Assembly (NCBI GenBank): GCA_024704765.1
Contig: JAKMXF010000313.1
Span: 341,450-405,449, forward strand
DNA: 64,000 bases
Source: Oopsacas minuta
Lineage: Eukaryota > Animalia > Porifera
Reading direction: 5' to 3'
In this document: piece by piece, positions 36,758 to 49,098 of the stretch
How positions within the stretch are numbered: position 1 is the first letter of the stretch
Layout: every line of letters begins with the position of its first letter
Made by a program: the position numbers and the translations under genes
The notes under the pieces: model-generated
What the model saw: the letters and a program-made list of their open reading frames with translations, nothing else
Told to the model about the DNA's origin: nothing
Database searches by the model: none

Positions 36758-39086
36758 AGTGGGAAAGAAGCAATTAAATGAAGAACTTCGTTCAGAGGTT
36801 CTACTTAACTGTTGGGAGCCTCCCGACAATTATAAATTTCCTCCAATTATCCAAGGAGGTAGGGAGAGATATTTTAATAGCAAATGGCTTATTAACTACA
36901 CGTGGCTTGCTTATTCTGAAATTTATCAGGCGGGTTTTGCAAAATTTGTGTCCTATTTCTCGACCGACATGATAAACGTGTGGGTAAGGGGGTTCACAAA
37001 TGGTGGGCTCCTTAGTAACCAAGGCATTGACCAACTACAAGTGTGCAATTGAATTATTCAACAAACATAGTCAGTTAATTTATCATAGAGACTGTTGTGT
37101 AGCATGCGAAACTTTCAAAAGGACGGTAGGGACACCGAGACTTGATATTCAAGACCAGCTTGATCGACAAAGAATTAAACAGAAACTGTTAAACCGCCAG
37201 AGATTAGTACCTATAATCGAGACCATCCTCTTGTTAGGTAGACAGGAGTTATCATTTCGCGGACACAGGGGTGAATCTAAAGAATTAGATATTGAAGAAC
37301 CGAAAGAAAATGATGGTAACTTTCGTGCTGCGCTAAGATTACCTCTAAGAGCAGGAGATATTGTATTGAAAGACCACCTCGAATCCAGTGGATCCAATTC
37401 TAAATATTTAAGTCCAATGATCCAGAACGAGGTTATCAAGATTAGTGGAACATTGATTTGTCAAACAATAGCTTCCGAAGTCCAGAAAAGCATACCATTC
37501 TCTATTTTAGCAAATGGATCAGCGGATGTTTCTGCTCATGAGCAGCTTTCAATTTTCAGTTCGCTATGTTTTTCGATCGGAATGCTCAGTCTTTTTAAGG
37601 GAAATGTTTCTTGGCTTTGTTACAGTTTCAGATCTAACTGGAGAAGGAAAGACAATCATTTCATTCTGTGTTTCTACTGGATTAGATTTGAATAACATGG
37701 TGGGATTAGGTTCGGATGGTGCTAGCGCTATGTCTGGGAAGTTCAAAGGAGTGCAGGCATGAATCCGCGAATTATATCCAATGGTTCACTACACACACTT
37801 CATCGCACAGCTTAAATTTAGCAATTGGAAAAGCTAACACTGTTATTCTTGGAAGCGTATTTTCTAATCTTTCCTCCATAATTTCCTTCTTTCATGGTTA
37901 CCCTTTGCGAGAAGAGAAACTACGCCAAGCAATATGCCCAGAATCTAAGCGACAGCGATTGAAAACAATTTGTGCAACAAGATGGGTCGAACGACATGAT
38001 GCAATTCTTGTGTTCATGGAATTAATCGAGGCAATTGTTACCTATTTAGAAGAACTAACTCTTGTACCAGGAGAGACAGGTTCGAAAGCAAACCAACTTG
38101 TTCTTGTCTGCACATTATTTGACTTTCTATACTCAAGTACACTTTTAGAATATCCAAGCGCCCTTCTGCTGACAGTTTCTAAGCAATTACAGTCGCCAAC
38201 ATTGGATTTGGGTAACATTTGCTCAATGATTGAAAATGTGATTTCCATTTTCGAAAGGAAATGAATCAAAATGATGCTTGTACGCGAATTTACATTAAGG
38301 CTAAATCTAGAGCTGAAACTTTGGGGGTTTCAGTTACTTTACCAAGAGCTTTTGCAAGAAGTAACCCCGAATTCGTTGGAAAAGAAGAGTCTTTTTATAA
38401 AAAATGCGTTTTCATTCCATATTATCAGTGGCTGATTGAACAACTGAACTTAAGGTTTTTGAAGCACAAACAAAGTTTTTACAATTCAGAAACTTATTCC
38501 AAGTTTTGGGAAATATGCCAACAGAGGAAATGCAAAAAGTATTAGAGCCCATGGACACAATATTACATTTAGCTCTTCAGAAATCGAGGCACAAATGAAA
38601 ATTTGGGTTGAAAAGAAATGGAAGGGAGAGCTGATTCCTGATAATGCTGTTAACTCATTAGCACACTGCAATAGAGACATAATGCCGGCTATATTCCGTT
38701 TCCTACAGATATTTTCAACGATACCAATAACAACCGCAACAAGTGAAAGGAGCTTTTCAACCATGAAGCGTATAAAGACCTATCTTAGAAATTCTATGGG
38801 AGAAGAAAGATTATCAGGTCTTGCAATTATATCTGCCCATGGACGTGAAATACAAAATTGAACCAGAGGAAATCATAAATGAAATAGCTAAAATTAACAG
38901 GAAGGTTGACATTGTTTTGTAGTGTATCTGTAGTATTAGTAAAGACAACAATATTTCAAGTGGTTTTGGGACATAGCCCCGTAAGTATTCCACTGATTGG
39001 GATAGATAAATATAAATTGCAATCAATCATCAAAATATTTCGGGGGGGCCATGGCCCCCTTGTCCCCTCCCCTGACTACGCCACTG
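36744..39086 (+). mobile_element. Degenerate hAT transposon (ZMYM1/THAP12-like transposase) with right TIR
   Basis: Frameshifted ORFs carry GRQELSFRGH, NDGNFRA, SPMIQNEVI, SDGASAM, CATRWVERHDA and TATSERSFSTMKRIKTYLRNSM (dimerization domain). Right TIR ends ...CCTGACTACGCCACTG at 39086; left end not found. Confidence 0.92.
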
Positions 39087-39094
39087 TACTGAGG

Positions 39095-39367
39095 TAGCAG
39101 TGTATGCTGAGTCCAAATATGATATTGTAAACAACATATTGTGAATATTTGTTTACTTTAGGGACATAAAGAAAATAAATTTCAAAATTGAGGTAGAATC
39201 GTACTTTCAACGACCTTACTGAGCTAATCGAGTATATTGAGTCTGAATAATGTAAACAACATCAAAATTATTAAATCTCAATTGTTGTTTGTCTGTTTGT
39301 TTGTCTATTGAATACCTCGAGGCGTAATGCGACGAGTTCATCGTGAAGCGACGAACCAAGGCTCGTA
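39095..39367 (+). repeat. Family A repeat copy
   Basis: Subrepeat unit, (GTTT/GTCT)n and terminal hairpin variant ending AAGGCTCGTA. Confidence 0.7.
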
Positions 39368-39479
39368 AAGATATATAATTGAAAACGTGATCTAAAAATG
39401 GAAATGAAAAAGGTAACAAACAAATATTCAAAAATCTATTTAGTTTAGCTCTACAAAGCTGCCGTAAATACATCCAGAC

Positions 39480-40613
39480 ATGGGCAGTAACGAAGGAAAT
39501 AGATTTTTGGTGATTGATAATGGTTCAGGAATGATTAAGGCAGGATTTGCAGGAGATGATGAACCTCGTGCTGTCTTCCCAGCTATTGTGGGGAGACCTC
39601 GTCACAGTGGTATCATGGTTGGTATGAGTCAGAAACATTACTATGTTGGAGATGAATCTCAGAGTAAACGTGGCATCTTAGCTCTATATTATCCCATGGA
39701 ACACGGTATAGTTACTAACTGGGATGATATGGAGCATATCTGGCATCATACATTCTATAATGAGTTACGTGTAGCACCAGAAGAATGTGGAGTTCTGATG
39801 ACAGAATCACCTCTCACCCCTAAGGCTAACCAAGAGAAAATGGTCCAGATAATGTTTGAAACATTCAGCATTCCATTTCTCCACCAATGTATCCATCCTA
39901 TACTATCTCTCTATGCTTCTGGTCGTACTACAGGACTTGTTATTGACTCTGGAGCAAGTGTGTCTCATGTTGTTCCTATCTTCAAGCAACATGCATGTAC
40001 ACATGCAATTCTACGTCAGGATATTGCAGCTGGTAGAGACTTGACTGACTACTTGATGAAGATACTGTGTGAGCGTGGTTACTCATTTACTACGTCAGCA
40101 GAACGAGAGATAGTTCGGGACATTAAGGAGAAGTTGGGTTACGTGTCTATAAACTTTGATGAAGAGATCCATGAGAGTGAACCTGATGATACTCTCGAGA
40201 AGAAGTATGAATTACCCGATGGACAGGTAATAACTATTGGGAATGAGAGATACCGTTGTACCGAACCAATCTTCAAGCCTTCTCTCATAGGAATGAGTGC
40301 TTGTGGGATACAAGATCTAGTCTATAGTTCTGTCATGAAGTGTGACATTGACTTACGTAAATACCTCTTCAAGAATATTATCCTATCTGGAGGTAACACA
40401 ATGTTTTGTGGATACTCACAGCGTATTGAGAAGGAAGTAACCCAATTAGCTCCAACATGTGATAAAGTAAAAGTTATAGCTCCTCCTGAGAGGAAATACA
40501 GTACTTGGATTGGAGGATCTATTCTAGCTTCAATGACTGATTTCTATAAAATTTGTATATCTCATGATGAGTATGAGGAGTATGGACCCTCTCTTGTACA
40601 TAGAAGATTTTAA
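39480..40613 (+). CDS. Divergent actin/actin-like protein, single exon
   Basis: Colinear with conventional actin ([35 protein letters not shown]), with many substitutions including at the nucleotide site. Confidence 0.95.
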   Translation: MGSNEGNRFLVIDNGSGMIKAGFAGDDEPRAVFPAIVGRPRHSGIMVGMSQKHYYVGDESQSKRGILALYYPMEHGIVTNWDDMEHIWHHTFYNELRVAPEECGVLMTESPLTPKANQEKMVQIMFETFSIPFLHQCIHPILSLYASGRTTGLVIDSGASVSHVVPIFKQHACTHAILRQDIAAGRDLTDYLMKILCERGYSFTTSAEREIVRDIKEKLGYVSINFDEEIHESEPDDTLEKKYELPDGQVITIGNERYRCTEPIFKPSLIGMSACGIQDLVYSSVMKCDIDLRKYLFKNIILSGGNTMFCGYSQRIEKEVTQLAPTCDKVKVIAPPERKYSTWIGGSILASMTDFYKICISHDEYEEYGPSLVHRRF

Positions 40614-40681
40614 TTGTAAATTTGTATATATTTGTCTCTCCTATGGTACCCAGAAGTTTCGTCCAATTGAAAAGTCCCCAT

Positions 40682-41180
40682 GGGCCAGTTTGGGCTGCCT
40701 AAAACTGGTCTGGAGGACCAATTTGTATTGTCATATATCTCCACTAGTTGACGCGAGGATTTGAACTCTTGCGTCCAGCATGGTTCTTTTTTTGGCACCC
40801 CTTGACTGCTGATGGGTGTATCTTGGAGGCTTACTGGCAGAACATATTGCATTTTTTATCGAATTATAATTTGCTAATGAACCTGGTGTTACCTTGTCTT
40901 GTCTGTCATTTATTTTTACTTTTGGGCACGAGGATTTGAAATTTTGCTTGGATTCGTGTCCAGCGTGGTTGCTTCAAAATGCACTTGTCAGCACGACTTG
41001 GTTGCTGACAAGTGTATTTTGAAGCATTCCTGATAAGAGGATATGACTTGGTTATCGAATTAACTAATGAACCTGGCGTTACCTTACGAGTATTTCTTAA
41101 CATCTTTTGGAGTTTTTTATAATTTTTGTTTGATTAATTCACTTTACTTTCAAACTTGAAATCTTTGCCGACCAATTTTG
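40682..41180 (-). repeat. Repeat copy, inverted relative to 41876-42183, with an internal partial duplication
   Basis: 40682-40897 and 41055-41180 are reverse complements of 41876-42183. Confidence 0.8.
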
Positions 41181-41875
41181 CCCTAAATTATTTTAACATT
41201 TTCTACTTCTTTCTTTCTATCAGAATAGCTACCTCTATGCCAGGGTGTTTAACATCGTAATGAGTTAGTTATATTCGGAATAACAGGTATAACTCAATTT
41301 GTTCGCCCAGTGTTATAGGACGAATAATGCTAACAAAACTGTGAATTCCATTATCTGCAAGTATGTGATGTTAACTCGATGAAATGCATAAATTAGGAAC
41401 TAATAATTCTGATAATTAATTAAAGTTATGGGCTGACACCAATAGTTGCTATGTACTGAGTGAGTCTATAACATTATGGATCGTCTACAAGTTCTATGAA
41501 ACAGCTGTGCTACAATGCTCATGCCGACCGTTTTTTAAAGACATGAAACACGTGACAACTTATTTCTCAGCAAACTAAGCAAAAGCAATCATCATGCAGT
41601 GCCAGTACCTTTAAAGGACCCTCCATGAAGTACCGGGTACTTCGTGGAAATAATTTTGAAAATAGGACCCACCACCAAGCTATGGGTCCATTATCTCCTG
41701 AGTGACGCCCCTGTCCATTTCCTGAAACATTTCCTAGCGTCAGAGCGCGGAGACAACGGTTATACTCTGGACAACCAGTGGTGGACCCAAGGGGACGAAT
41801 TGGGCATTTTCCCAGATTTGAGGCCCCCAGGTCTGCCAGATCCTCAAGCTGTCACGAAAAATATGGTCCTACCTA

Positions 41876-42183
41876 GCCGAAATTGGTCCAGCAAAGATTT
41901 GTCCTAGAAAGTAGAGTGAATTAATCAAAAGAAAACGATGAAAACTCCAAAGGATGTTAACAAATACTGGTAAGGTAACACCAAGTTCATTAGCAAATTA
42001 TAATTCGATAAAAATGCAATATGTTCTGCCAGTAAGCCTCCAAGATACACCCATCAGCAGCCAAGGGGTGCCAAAAAAAGGACTATGCTGGACGCAAGAG
42101 TTCAAATCCTCGTGTCAACTAGTGGAGATATATGACAATACAAATTGGTCCTCCAGACCAGTTTTAGCCAGCCCAAACTGGCC
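41876..42183 (+). repeat. Repeat copy, inverted partner of 40682-41180
   Basis: Shared text appears in the ORF track as the same peptide (MQYVLPVSLQDTPISSQGVPKK) on opposite strands. Confidence 0.8.
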
Positions 42184-42546
42184 CTGGATCGGGGGACCAG
42201 ATTTGGCAGCCAAAATTGGTCCAACCAGAGCACTTTTGGCTCGAAAAATTTTTGCGCAACAAGGCCACCACTGCCCAATATATATATTTAGATTTTGCCC
42301 AGGGTATGCAAAATCCTCCAACCGCCCCTGTGGACAACACAATGTGGGTATCCTTGGTCTCTGGTCTTCCATGGAAGTTCCGCTCGACGAACATTCCACT
42401 ATTCGAGCAATCTTGACATTAATCCAAGTTTAAAATGATGTCCTACAGTAAGAATAGTGAGCATTGCATATCTATGTCGTTATATTGTAAATCCCTGAGG
42501 GTACCTATTATCAGAGTTCCACTGTATATGCTACTAGATAAAAGGT

Positions 42547-44633
42547 TTGAGTATACAAGTGCGTATGTATTTTAATGAGGGAGTGATAGTATGGCCGCTC
42601 TTTTTGCATAATCGAAGACTTGCAACTTTTCTCATACTATTTTGTTGCAATGAAGAGCAGGACATGAAGAGTGCCAATGTTTGTAAAGAGATGCTCGAGA
42701 AGGGACACTCCTCTCCTATCTATCCACAATTATCACTTGATAAATCCGCCTTTCTTTTCGACTCACTTGAGGTCGGTAAAACTAAGTATTTAGAATTTCG
42801 ACGTACATTACTTTCTGAAGATCTCAAGTTACCAAGCTACATTATTGTAGCTAAACATCAGTCTCAAATTAATTTGCTGGATGAGGTGCGTATAATTCAT
42901 AGAGAATTTCCATGTGGAGTAGGTATTTCTACACCAGACTACTCACCATACAGTTGAACGAATTGTATCTAACTTAAGTCTTGATAACCTTGTTAATTGT
43001 CTATCCTCTTAAAGTTCGAGTATCCGATGGCTTAGATGGATCTGTGTGTCATCGAGTTTACCAGCAAGCTTTATCTAACCCTGACCTCTCGACTCCAACC
43101 TTCATTTTATTTGGTTTCAAGGTTAACGCAATCATAAATGCAAATGATCATATCCTATGGAAACCTCATCATCTGAATTCACCATTTTGCACTCGACCAG
43201 TTGCCCTCTTAGCCCTTCCAGAAAATGAAGAGAGTGTCAAGTGTTTAATGGACTCATTAATAAATAACGAAACTTCAACTATTGAAGAGAGTGGTTTGTG
43301 TTTACAGAATGGCAATGCAGAGGTCAAGATCATAATATCTCATTTCGATACAAAGATGGCAAAAATCTTAAGCGGTGCTGGTGGTGCTAATTCCCAAATG
43401 TGTACTGCAGCGTTCAAACAGATACACAATATTAGCATAGTTCAAAATGGCTTTACCATAAATAAGACAATCCATGATGCACGTGATGTATTTGACGAGG
43501 TTGATGAAGAAGAATTTTGTCTTTGCCAACAAATCAAAGATTCAATTTAACACACAAACCGATCTCAGAAAAAGATATCATATCAGCTTCTCCTCTACAT
43601 GCATATTTGAGAACATTTAGTTGGTTCCTATTAGTGATTTGCCATTTACAGTGTGGTGCTACTCAAAAAATGGTCACCAACTTCGCCAAAAATTCTTGGT
43701 GCCAAGAAATATATTACTAGCTTTATTAAGGAAAAACTTAGTATATCCATGACACACCATCAGTCCAAGGCGGAACCACAACAACCGGAAATGTTGTTCA
43801 GAGATGCTTCACAAGTAGAGATGATACTGTGCAAGGATATTTATGGTTGTTCCTCAAGAGACACATCAAGTTGTCACTACAATCTTTAATAATTTGAGTG
43901 CTATCTTGAGATTGTATAATAGCAACAGGAAAGTGGACACCTGGCCTTGACAATGTAGAGACCTACGAATCCATTTTGATCAATTTTTCATGGGCACATG
44001 TAACCCCTACTTTACATAAACTTCTAGTCCATGCACCACAAATAATTGCAGATCATAATGATGGGTTTGGCTTAGAAGATTTGTCTGAAGAAGGCCTTGA
44101 ATCTTGCGATAAATTGGTCAGGCGATACCGTGAGAGACTCTCAAGAATATTTAGCTTTGAGGACAACTTACCTCTCAAAGTGATCCAATTTTAGCATCCT
44201 TTCGTAATAATACCAAAAAAGATTCGGAGCCAGATCTATCTGAGTTGAAAAGCTGTCAAGATGTTTTGGTGAATTCACTAATTATAAATACGTTATAGTT
44301 AGTTCAATGAACGGTAGGTCATTTCAACAAGAAATGTGGTTTCATAAGTTTATAAAAATGTACATTAAATAGTGTTAATAATATCAAAACATAAAATATT
44401 CAATTTCTGAACATATAACTCACAAATTGCCTTAATTATAATCGATAAAAAAAACAAAATATTTTTGAATGTGACAATGACGTCATTACTTTCACACCCA
44501 AAGACTTAGAAAAAATCTAGTTACGTCAATCGATCCCTTGGGTATGATTCCCCATATGTCAATAATATAGTTTAATACGTTATCTAGTACCCTAATACCT
44601 ACGTTCAGGTTTTGGCCATTTCGTGCCACTGTG
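42547..44633 (+). mobile_element. Degenerate Transib/RAG1-core-like transposon with right terminal CACAGTG
   Basis: Frameshifted ORFs contain GLDGS, RPVALL, HFDTKMA, (S)QMC, SPLHAYLR, WAHVTPTLHKLLVH and LSEEGLESCDKLVRRYR, matching the DDE and Zn-binding motifs of Transib/RAG1. CACTGTG at 44627-44633. Confidence 0.85.
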
Positions 44634-45231
44634 CTTGCTTCGAAAAGGAGCGCACTCCAGCTCCCGCTTCAAGAAAATGTAGCGCACTCCATTCGCGCTC
44701 CTTTTCATTCTTTCAGATTTACATTAGATTTGTATTTAAGTAATCAGGTTAGAATTTAACAATTGTACATTCTAGAAATTGCTAAATGCGCCAAGATCAA
44801 ACCATTCCAATAAATTGTGAATTCTACAAAAGTGTCCAAGCATCCACTTTTTATAGCATATATAATGAAATTTATACAGAATAACGATGAAATTGTAAAT
44901 TGTGTGCAACTACAGCGCCGTAGGAAGCAAAGAATTATTGGCACGGCGAGGTACATTGTATTGGAATGGCATTCATCACATCTGACTATTACTAATAATA
45001 GAAATTTTTAATTATTGGTGCGGCGAGCGTCGCACCTGCCGCACCGGTTCCTACGACGCTGAATTAAATAGGACCGCGCTCCAGGTATTTCTTTACCCTG
45101 GCTGGATATGTACAGTATAGTCATAATCGAAGATTAAATGAATAATTAAATGATCGAGAACGGGAACGCTGATCACAATTTCCCCTAGGATCGGGATCGT
45201 GTTTCAGATCGGATCGTTTAATTCCCTAGTC

Positions 45232-45394
45232 CATTTATTTCCAACCTGGGGTCCATGAACCCCTTAGTGTGTCCAAAGATTACGGCTGGGGGTTCACAGG
45301 AGCTCAAAGTTTAAATTGCAGTATATGGGAAGTCTACAGAATGTGTTAATATTGGTATAGGGGGTCCACGTTTGAAAAAGATTGAGAACCGATG
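45232..45394. mobile_element. Charlie-type hAT MITE (163 bp)
   Basis: 8-bp TSD CCCTAGTC at 45224-45231 and 45395-45402; degenerate TIR of the same type as 7226-7284. Confidence 0.7.
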
Positions 45395-45499
45395 CCCTAG
45401 TCATTACACTTAGTACGTAGCTATTACTTTATATTTCTGAATCTTAATTGAGAAATTACTGCTAAGTACAAATTCTTATAGCAATATTATACAGTGATA

Positions 45500-46084
45500 A
45501 TGATCTCCCAAGGAAAGGAACAAGTTTTCCAAGACAAAGAGAAACCTAGTGATGTTCGTACCAGTAACATAACTGCAGCTAAAGCAGTAGCTGATGCTAT
45601 CCGTACCAGTCTCGGACCCAGAGGTATGGATAAGATGATACAAGCATCAAAAGGAGAAGTCACCATAACCAATGATGGAGCAACAATCCTAAAACAGATG
45701 CAGGTGATACACCCTGCAGCTCACATGCTAGTAGAGCTAGCTAAGGCTCAAGATGTTGAAGCTGGAGATGGTACTACTACTGTTGTTATTCTAGCTGGGA
45801 GTATCTTGTCAGCCAGTCAGACTCTCCTGTCAAAGGGTATACATCCTACCTCTATCTCTGAGAGCTTTCAAACAGCTGCTACAAAATGTCAGGAGTTTCT
45901 AGAAGAATTAGCTATACAGGTTGATCTCAGTGACAAGGCAACTCTTATCAAGAGTGCTACTACCTCTCTCAGCTCTAAGGTGGTGTCTGAGTTTAGCGGG
46001 CTACTGGCTCCGATTACAGTAGAGGCTGTGTTGAAGTGTATTGATACTGCTACTGCAACTAATGTAGATCTCAAGGATATAAAG
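45500..46084 (+). CDS. CCT4: CCT4 (TCP-1 delta) exon 1
   Basis: [36 protein letters not shown] and AGDGTTTVV; 195 codons ending ...DLKDIK before the GT donor at 46085. Confidence 0.93.
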
Positions 46085-46469
46085 GTAGTTATCAATATAG
46101 ATTGTAATGAATTTCAAATTCTTACAGTTCATTTTGGAAAAATTGAAATCTTTCCTTAAGCTTTTTATCTTTACTAAATTTGAGGAAGAAAGTCAAATTT
46201 TTTCAAACAATCTCGTACGGACTTCTTTGACCATTTATATCTCAGAATTCATGTTGCCGGTAAGAATTATCTTAATAATTATGTTAGAGTCAAATATGAC
46301 CATATAGAGTTATTGCTGTTTAAAGGAGTAGACGAGACAAACTGTGAACCTTTTCTCTAATCACTTAGTCATAACTTTACCTGTATCCACACTACTCAGA
46401 TTCGCTTAGTCAAAGTAGTCATATTGCATTTTAGTGCAGTTCCTATAGGAAGATGCCCTGATGGCATGG

Positions 46470-46890
46470 ACGATGTGCTACGGCCGTGCGAAATCTGTTT
46501 GTCCAATTAACATGAAAATTGGCATACATATACATTTTGGGTCGGGGATTTGCACCTCGGGTATGATTTTTCTAAAGTGAATATTTCACACCTTTTTGCA
46601 CCTATTTCAAATAGATGCTAGAGATTTTGTTTAAAAAGTTAGACAGAGGGTAATTGTAGGATAATATTCGGAATTTTATCAATAGGATTTGAGGATAGAT
46701 CATGAAGTACAATAGAGGACAAATAATATTGAATATCCTGAAATATTTATCAAATCAAGGAGCCCAAAATCAGTTGGGTCTGGTGCATTGCGGCATTTAC
46801 ACGAGGGGGTCAGGGGGGGCATGCCCTCCCTGAAAAGAACAAAAATTCATAACCCTGAGCTGCACTACCAGTCGTCGGCTGGACATTTGG
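46470..46890 (+). repeat. Interspersed repeat family B copy inside the CCT4 intron
   Basis: Shares CGGCCGTGCGAAATCT...TTTTCACACCTTTT...ATAACCCTGAGCTGCACTACCAGTC with 50675-51062. Confidence 0.75.
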
Positions 46891-47476
46891 TATCAATATG
46901 CTTATTATGATTATGATTGAAAGAGTCTTAGAGTTATAACTCAACAAGATGGACAATACATAGTTAATATTTACGTATTATTTTTTTCGTCCAGTTTCAG
47001 TTTTTCAATTCGTACAATTGCACTGAGCAAATAATATAGTATTATAATTGTCTTCGTATTGCCAACTTTTATTGTGTTAACTCAAAGAGCCGAATGTTGG
47101 AATACATTATGTTCTACTGTACCGTGGTGGCGTAACGAATGAAATCATTGGGGGGCATTGGGGGGCAGTTGGATCTTTCAAAGTACCTTTTTTGGTGAGT
47201 TGAAAAGTTAATGATCGTATAAGTAAGAGTGTTTCATCTTCCAAAAATGGGGGGCATTGCTCCCTCCAGTCCTTCTACAGTTACGCTACTGTTAAACTGA
47301 GAGATAGGTACAGTGTTCCCTCTAATTTTCGGTGGACCCATATCTGATGGGGGTACTGCCAAATTCCTTAGAGGAAACACTGGGATAGGAATTATCCAGA
47401 ATTCGCATTAACAAGATTCCAATAAAGTTACTAACCCAATGCTATTAGTTATATATATAACTATCCTATCTTGTAG

Positions 47477-48481
47477 GTGATTACAAAGCTAGGAGGTACT
47501 CTAGAGGACACTGAGCTGGTTGAGGGAGTCGTGTTTGACAAGAAAGCCAGTCACGCCTCTGGAAGTGTAGTCTCAGTTGACAAAGCTAAGATCGGTCTGA
47601 TCCAATTTTGTATTTCCCCGCCTAAAACTGACATGGAGAACCAGGTGATAGTTACTGAGTACACACAAATGGACCGCATCCTTAGAGAGGAGAAGAACTA
47701 CATACTGGAGATATGCAAACAGATTAAGAAAGCTGGCTGTAACGTACTACTCATTCAGAAGAGTATTCTAAGAGATGCTATCAATGACTTAGCTCTGCAT
47801 TTCCTAGCAAGGATGAAGATTATGGTAGTAAGAGACATAGAGCGAGAGGATATTGAGTTTATCTGTAAAAGTCTTGGTTGTAGGCCTATTGCTTCCCTCG
47901 ATCACTTCTTGCCGGAGTCTCTATCCAGTGCTGAGCGGGTAGAGGAAATATCAGTGGGAGGGAGTAAGGTCGTAAAGGTAACAGGCCCCTCAATTGGACA
48001 GAAGACGGTTTCTATACTAGTGAGAGGTTCTAACAAGCTAATCCTAGATGAAGCAGACAGATCTATACATGATGCTCTGTGTGTGCTACGTTGTCTAGTA
48101 AAGAAGCGAGCCTTGATTCCTGGAGGAGGAGCTCCTGAGATTCACGTAGCACTACGTCTGCAGCAATACGCCAGGACACTCAGTGGAATGGAAGCATATT
48201 GCATTAAGGCGTTCGCTGATGCTTTGGAGATAATAGCATTCACTCTGGCAGAAAATGCTGGATTGAATCCAATCGCTACTGTAACAGAGCTCAGGAATAG
48301 ACACACTAAGGGGGAGCACAGTTGTGGGATTAATGTCCGCAAGGGACAGGTCGGAGATATGAAAGAGGAACAAGTGATACAGCCTCTACTCGTTACATCC
48401 AGTGCTATTAGTCTAGCAGCTGAGACTGTAAGGAGTATTCTCAAGATTGATGACATACTGAATGCACAGCATCATGTCTAG
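47477..48481 (+). CDS. CCT4: CCT4 exon 2
   Basis: TTGTAG acceptor at 47476; phase-0 join gives DLKDIK|[17 protein letters not shown]; ends [14 protein letters not shown]. Confidence 0.93.
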   Translation: MITKLGGTLEDTELVEGVVFDKKASHASGSVVSVDKAKIGLIQFCISPPKTDMENQVIVTEYTQMDRILREEKNYILEICKQIKKAGCNVLLIQKSILRDAINDLALHFLARMKIMVVRDIEREDIEFICKSLGCRPIASLDHFLPESLSSAERVEEISVGGSKVVKVTGPSIGQKTVSILVRGSNKLILDEADRSIHDALCVLRCLVKKRALIPGGGAPEIHVALRLQQYARTLSGMEAYCIKAFADALEIIAFTLAENAGLNPIATVTELRNRHTKGEHSCGINVRKGQVGDMKEEQVIQPLLVTSSAISLAAETVRSILKIDDILNAQHHV

Positions 48482-49098
48482 TAGAGGATGTTTGTAGGTC
48501 AATTATGTGCCTGTAGGGACTAGGTTGTATGCTTAGATTATATAGGAAATGCGTTATATTAGACTAACGGGGTTTAAGTGTTAATACGTATGAATTAGCT
48601 ATTTAGTAAGGTTGAAACTGCTTCAATTTAATAATCACATTTATAGAAAATAACAAATGTAATAAATCTACGTATTTAGTATAAGTTGATTTATTACATT
48701 TGTTTGATTCAGATCACCTTATGTGAGAAGTTGTGATTGCAGATATAAATATATAATAAAGGAAGCTAAATTATTTGGTTCTCAACCGAATACTAATGCA
48801 TCGGTTCCAAACAGAATATCAACTATTTGCCAAATTTTAGTTGGTTAAACCGAATATTCAACTTATGTATTCAGTTGTAACCATGTTATTTAGTGAACAC
48901 TTATTTCAATAAGTTACATGTCCAGCAAGCTTCCCAACCATGTAATTACCTAATATACTCTCTAATAAGCCATTCTAGAACTCAGATTATATTGAAGTGA
49001 ATATATTAGGGCTTTGATAGTTGATACGGTTATACAGGAGTTTTACAGAAATATTCGATACATTATGTCCATATATTTGATAGTATAATTCTCTAATA

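Noticed and set aside
44642-44706. 12-bp perfect inverted repeat next to the Transib end
   Set aside because: It lies outside the Transib terminus with no TSD; probably an unrelated small repeat remnant.
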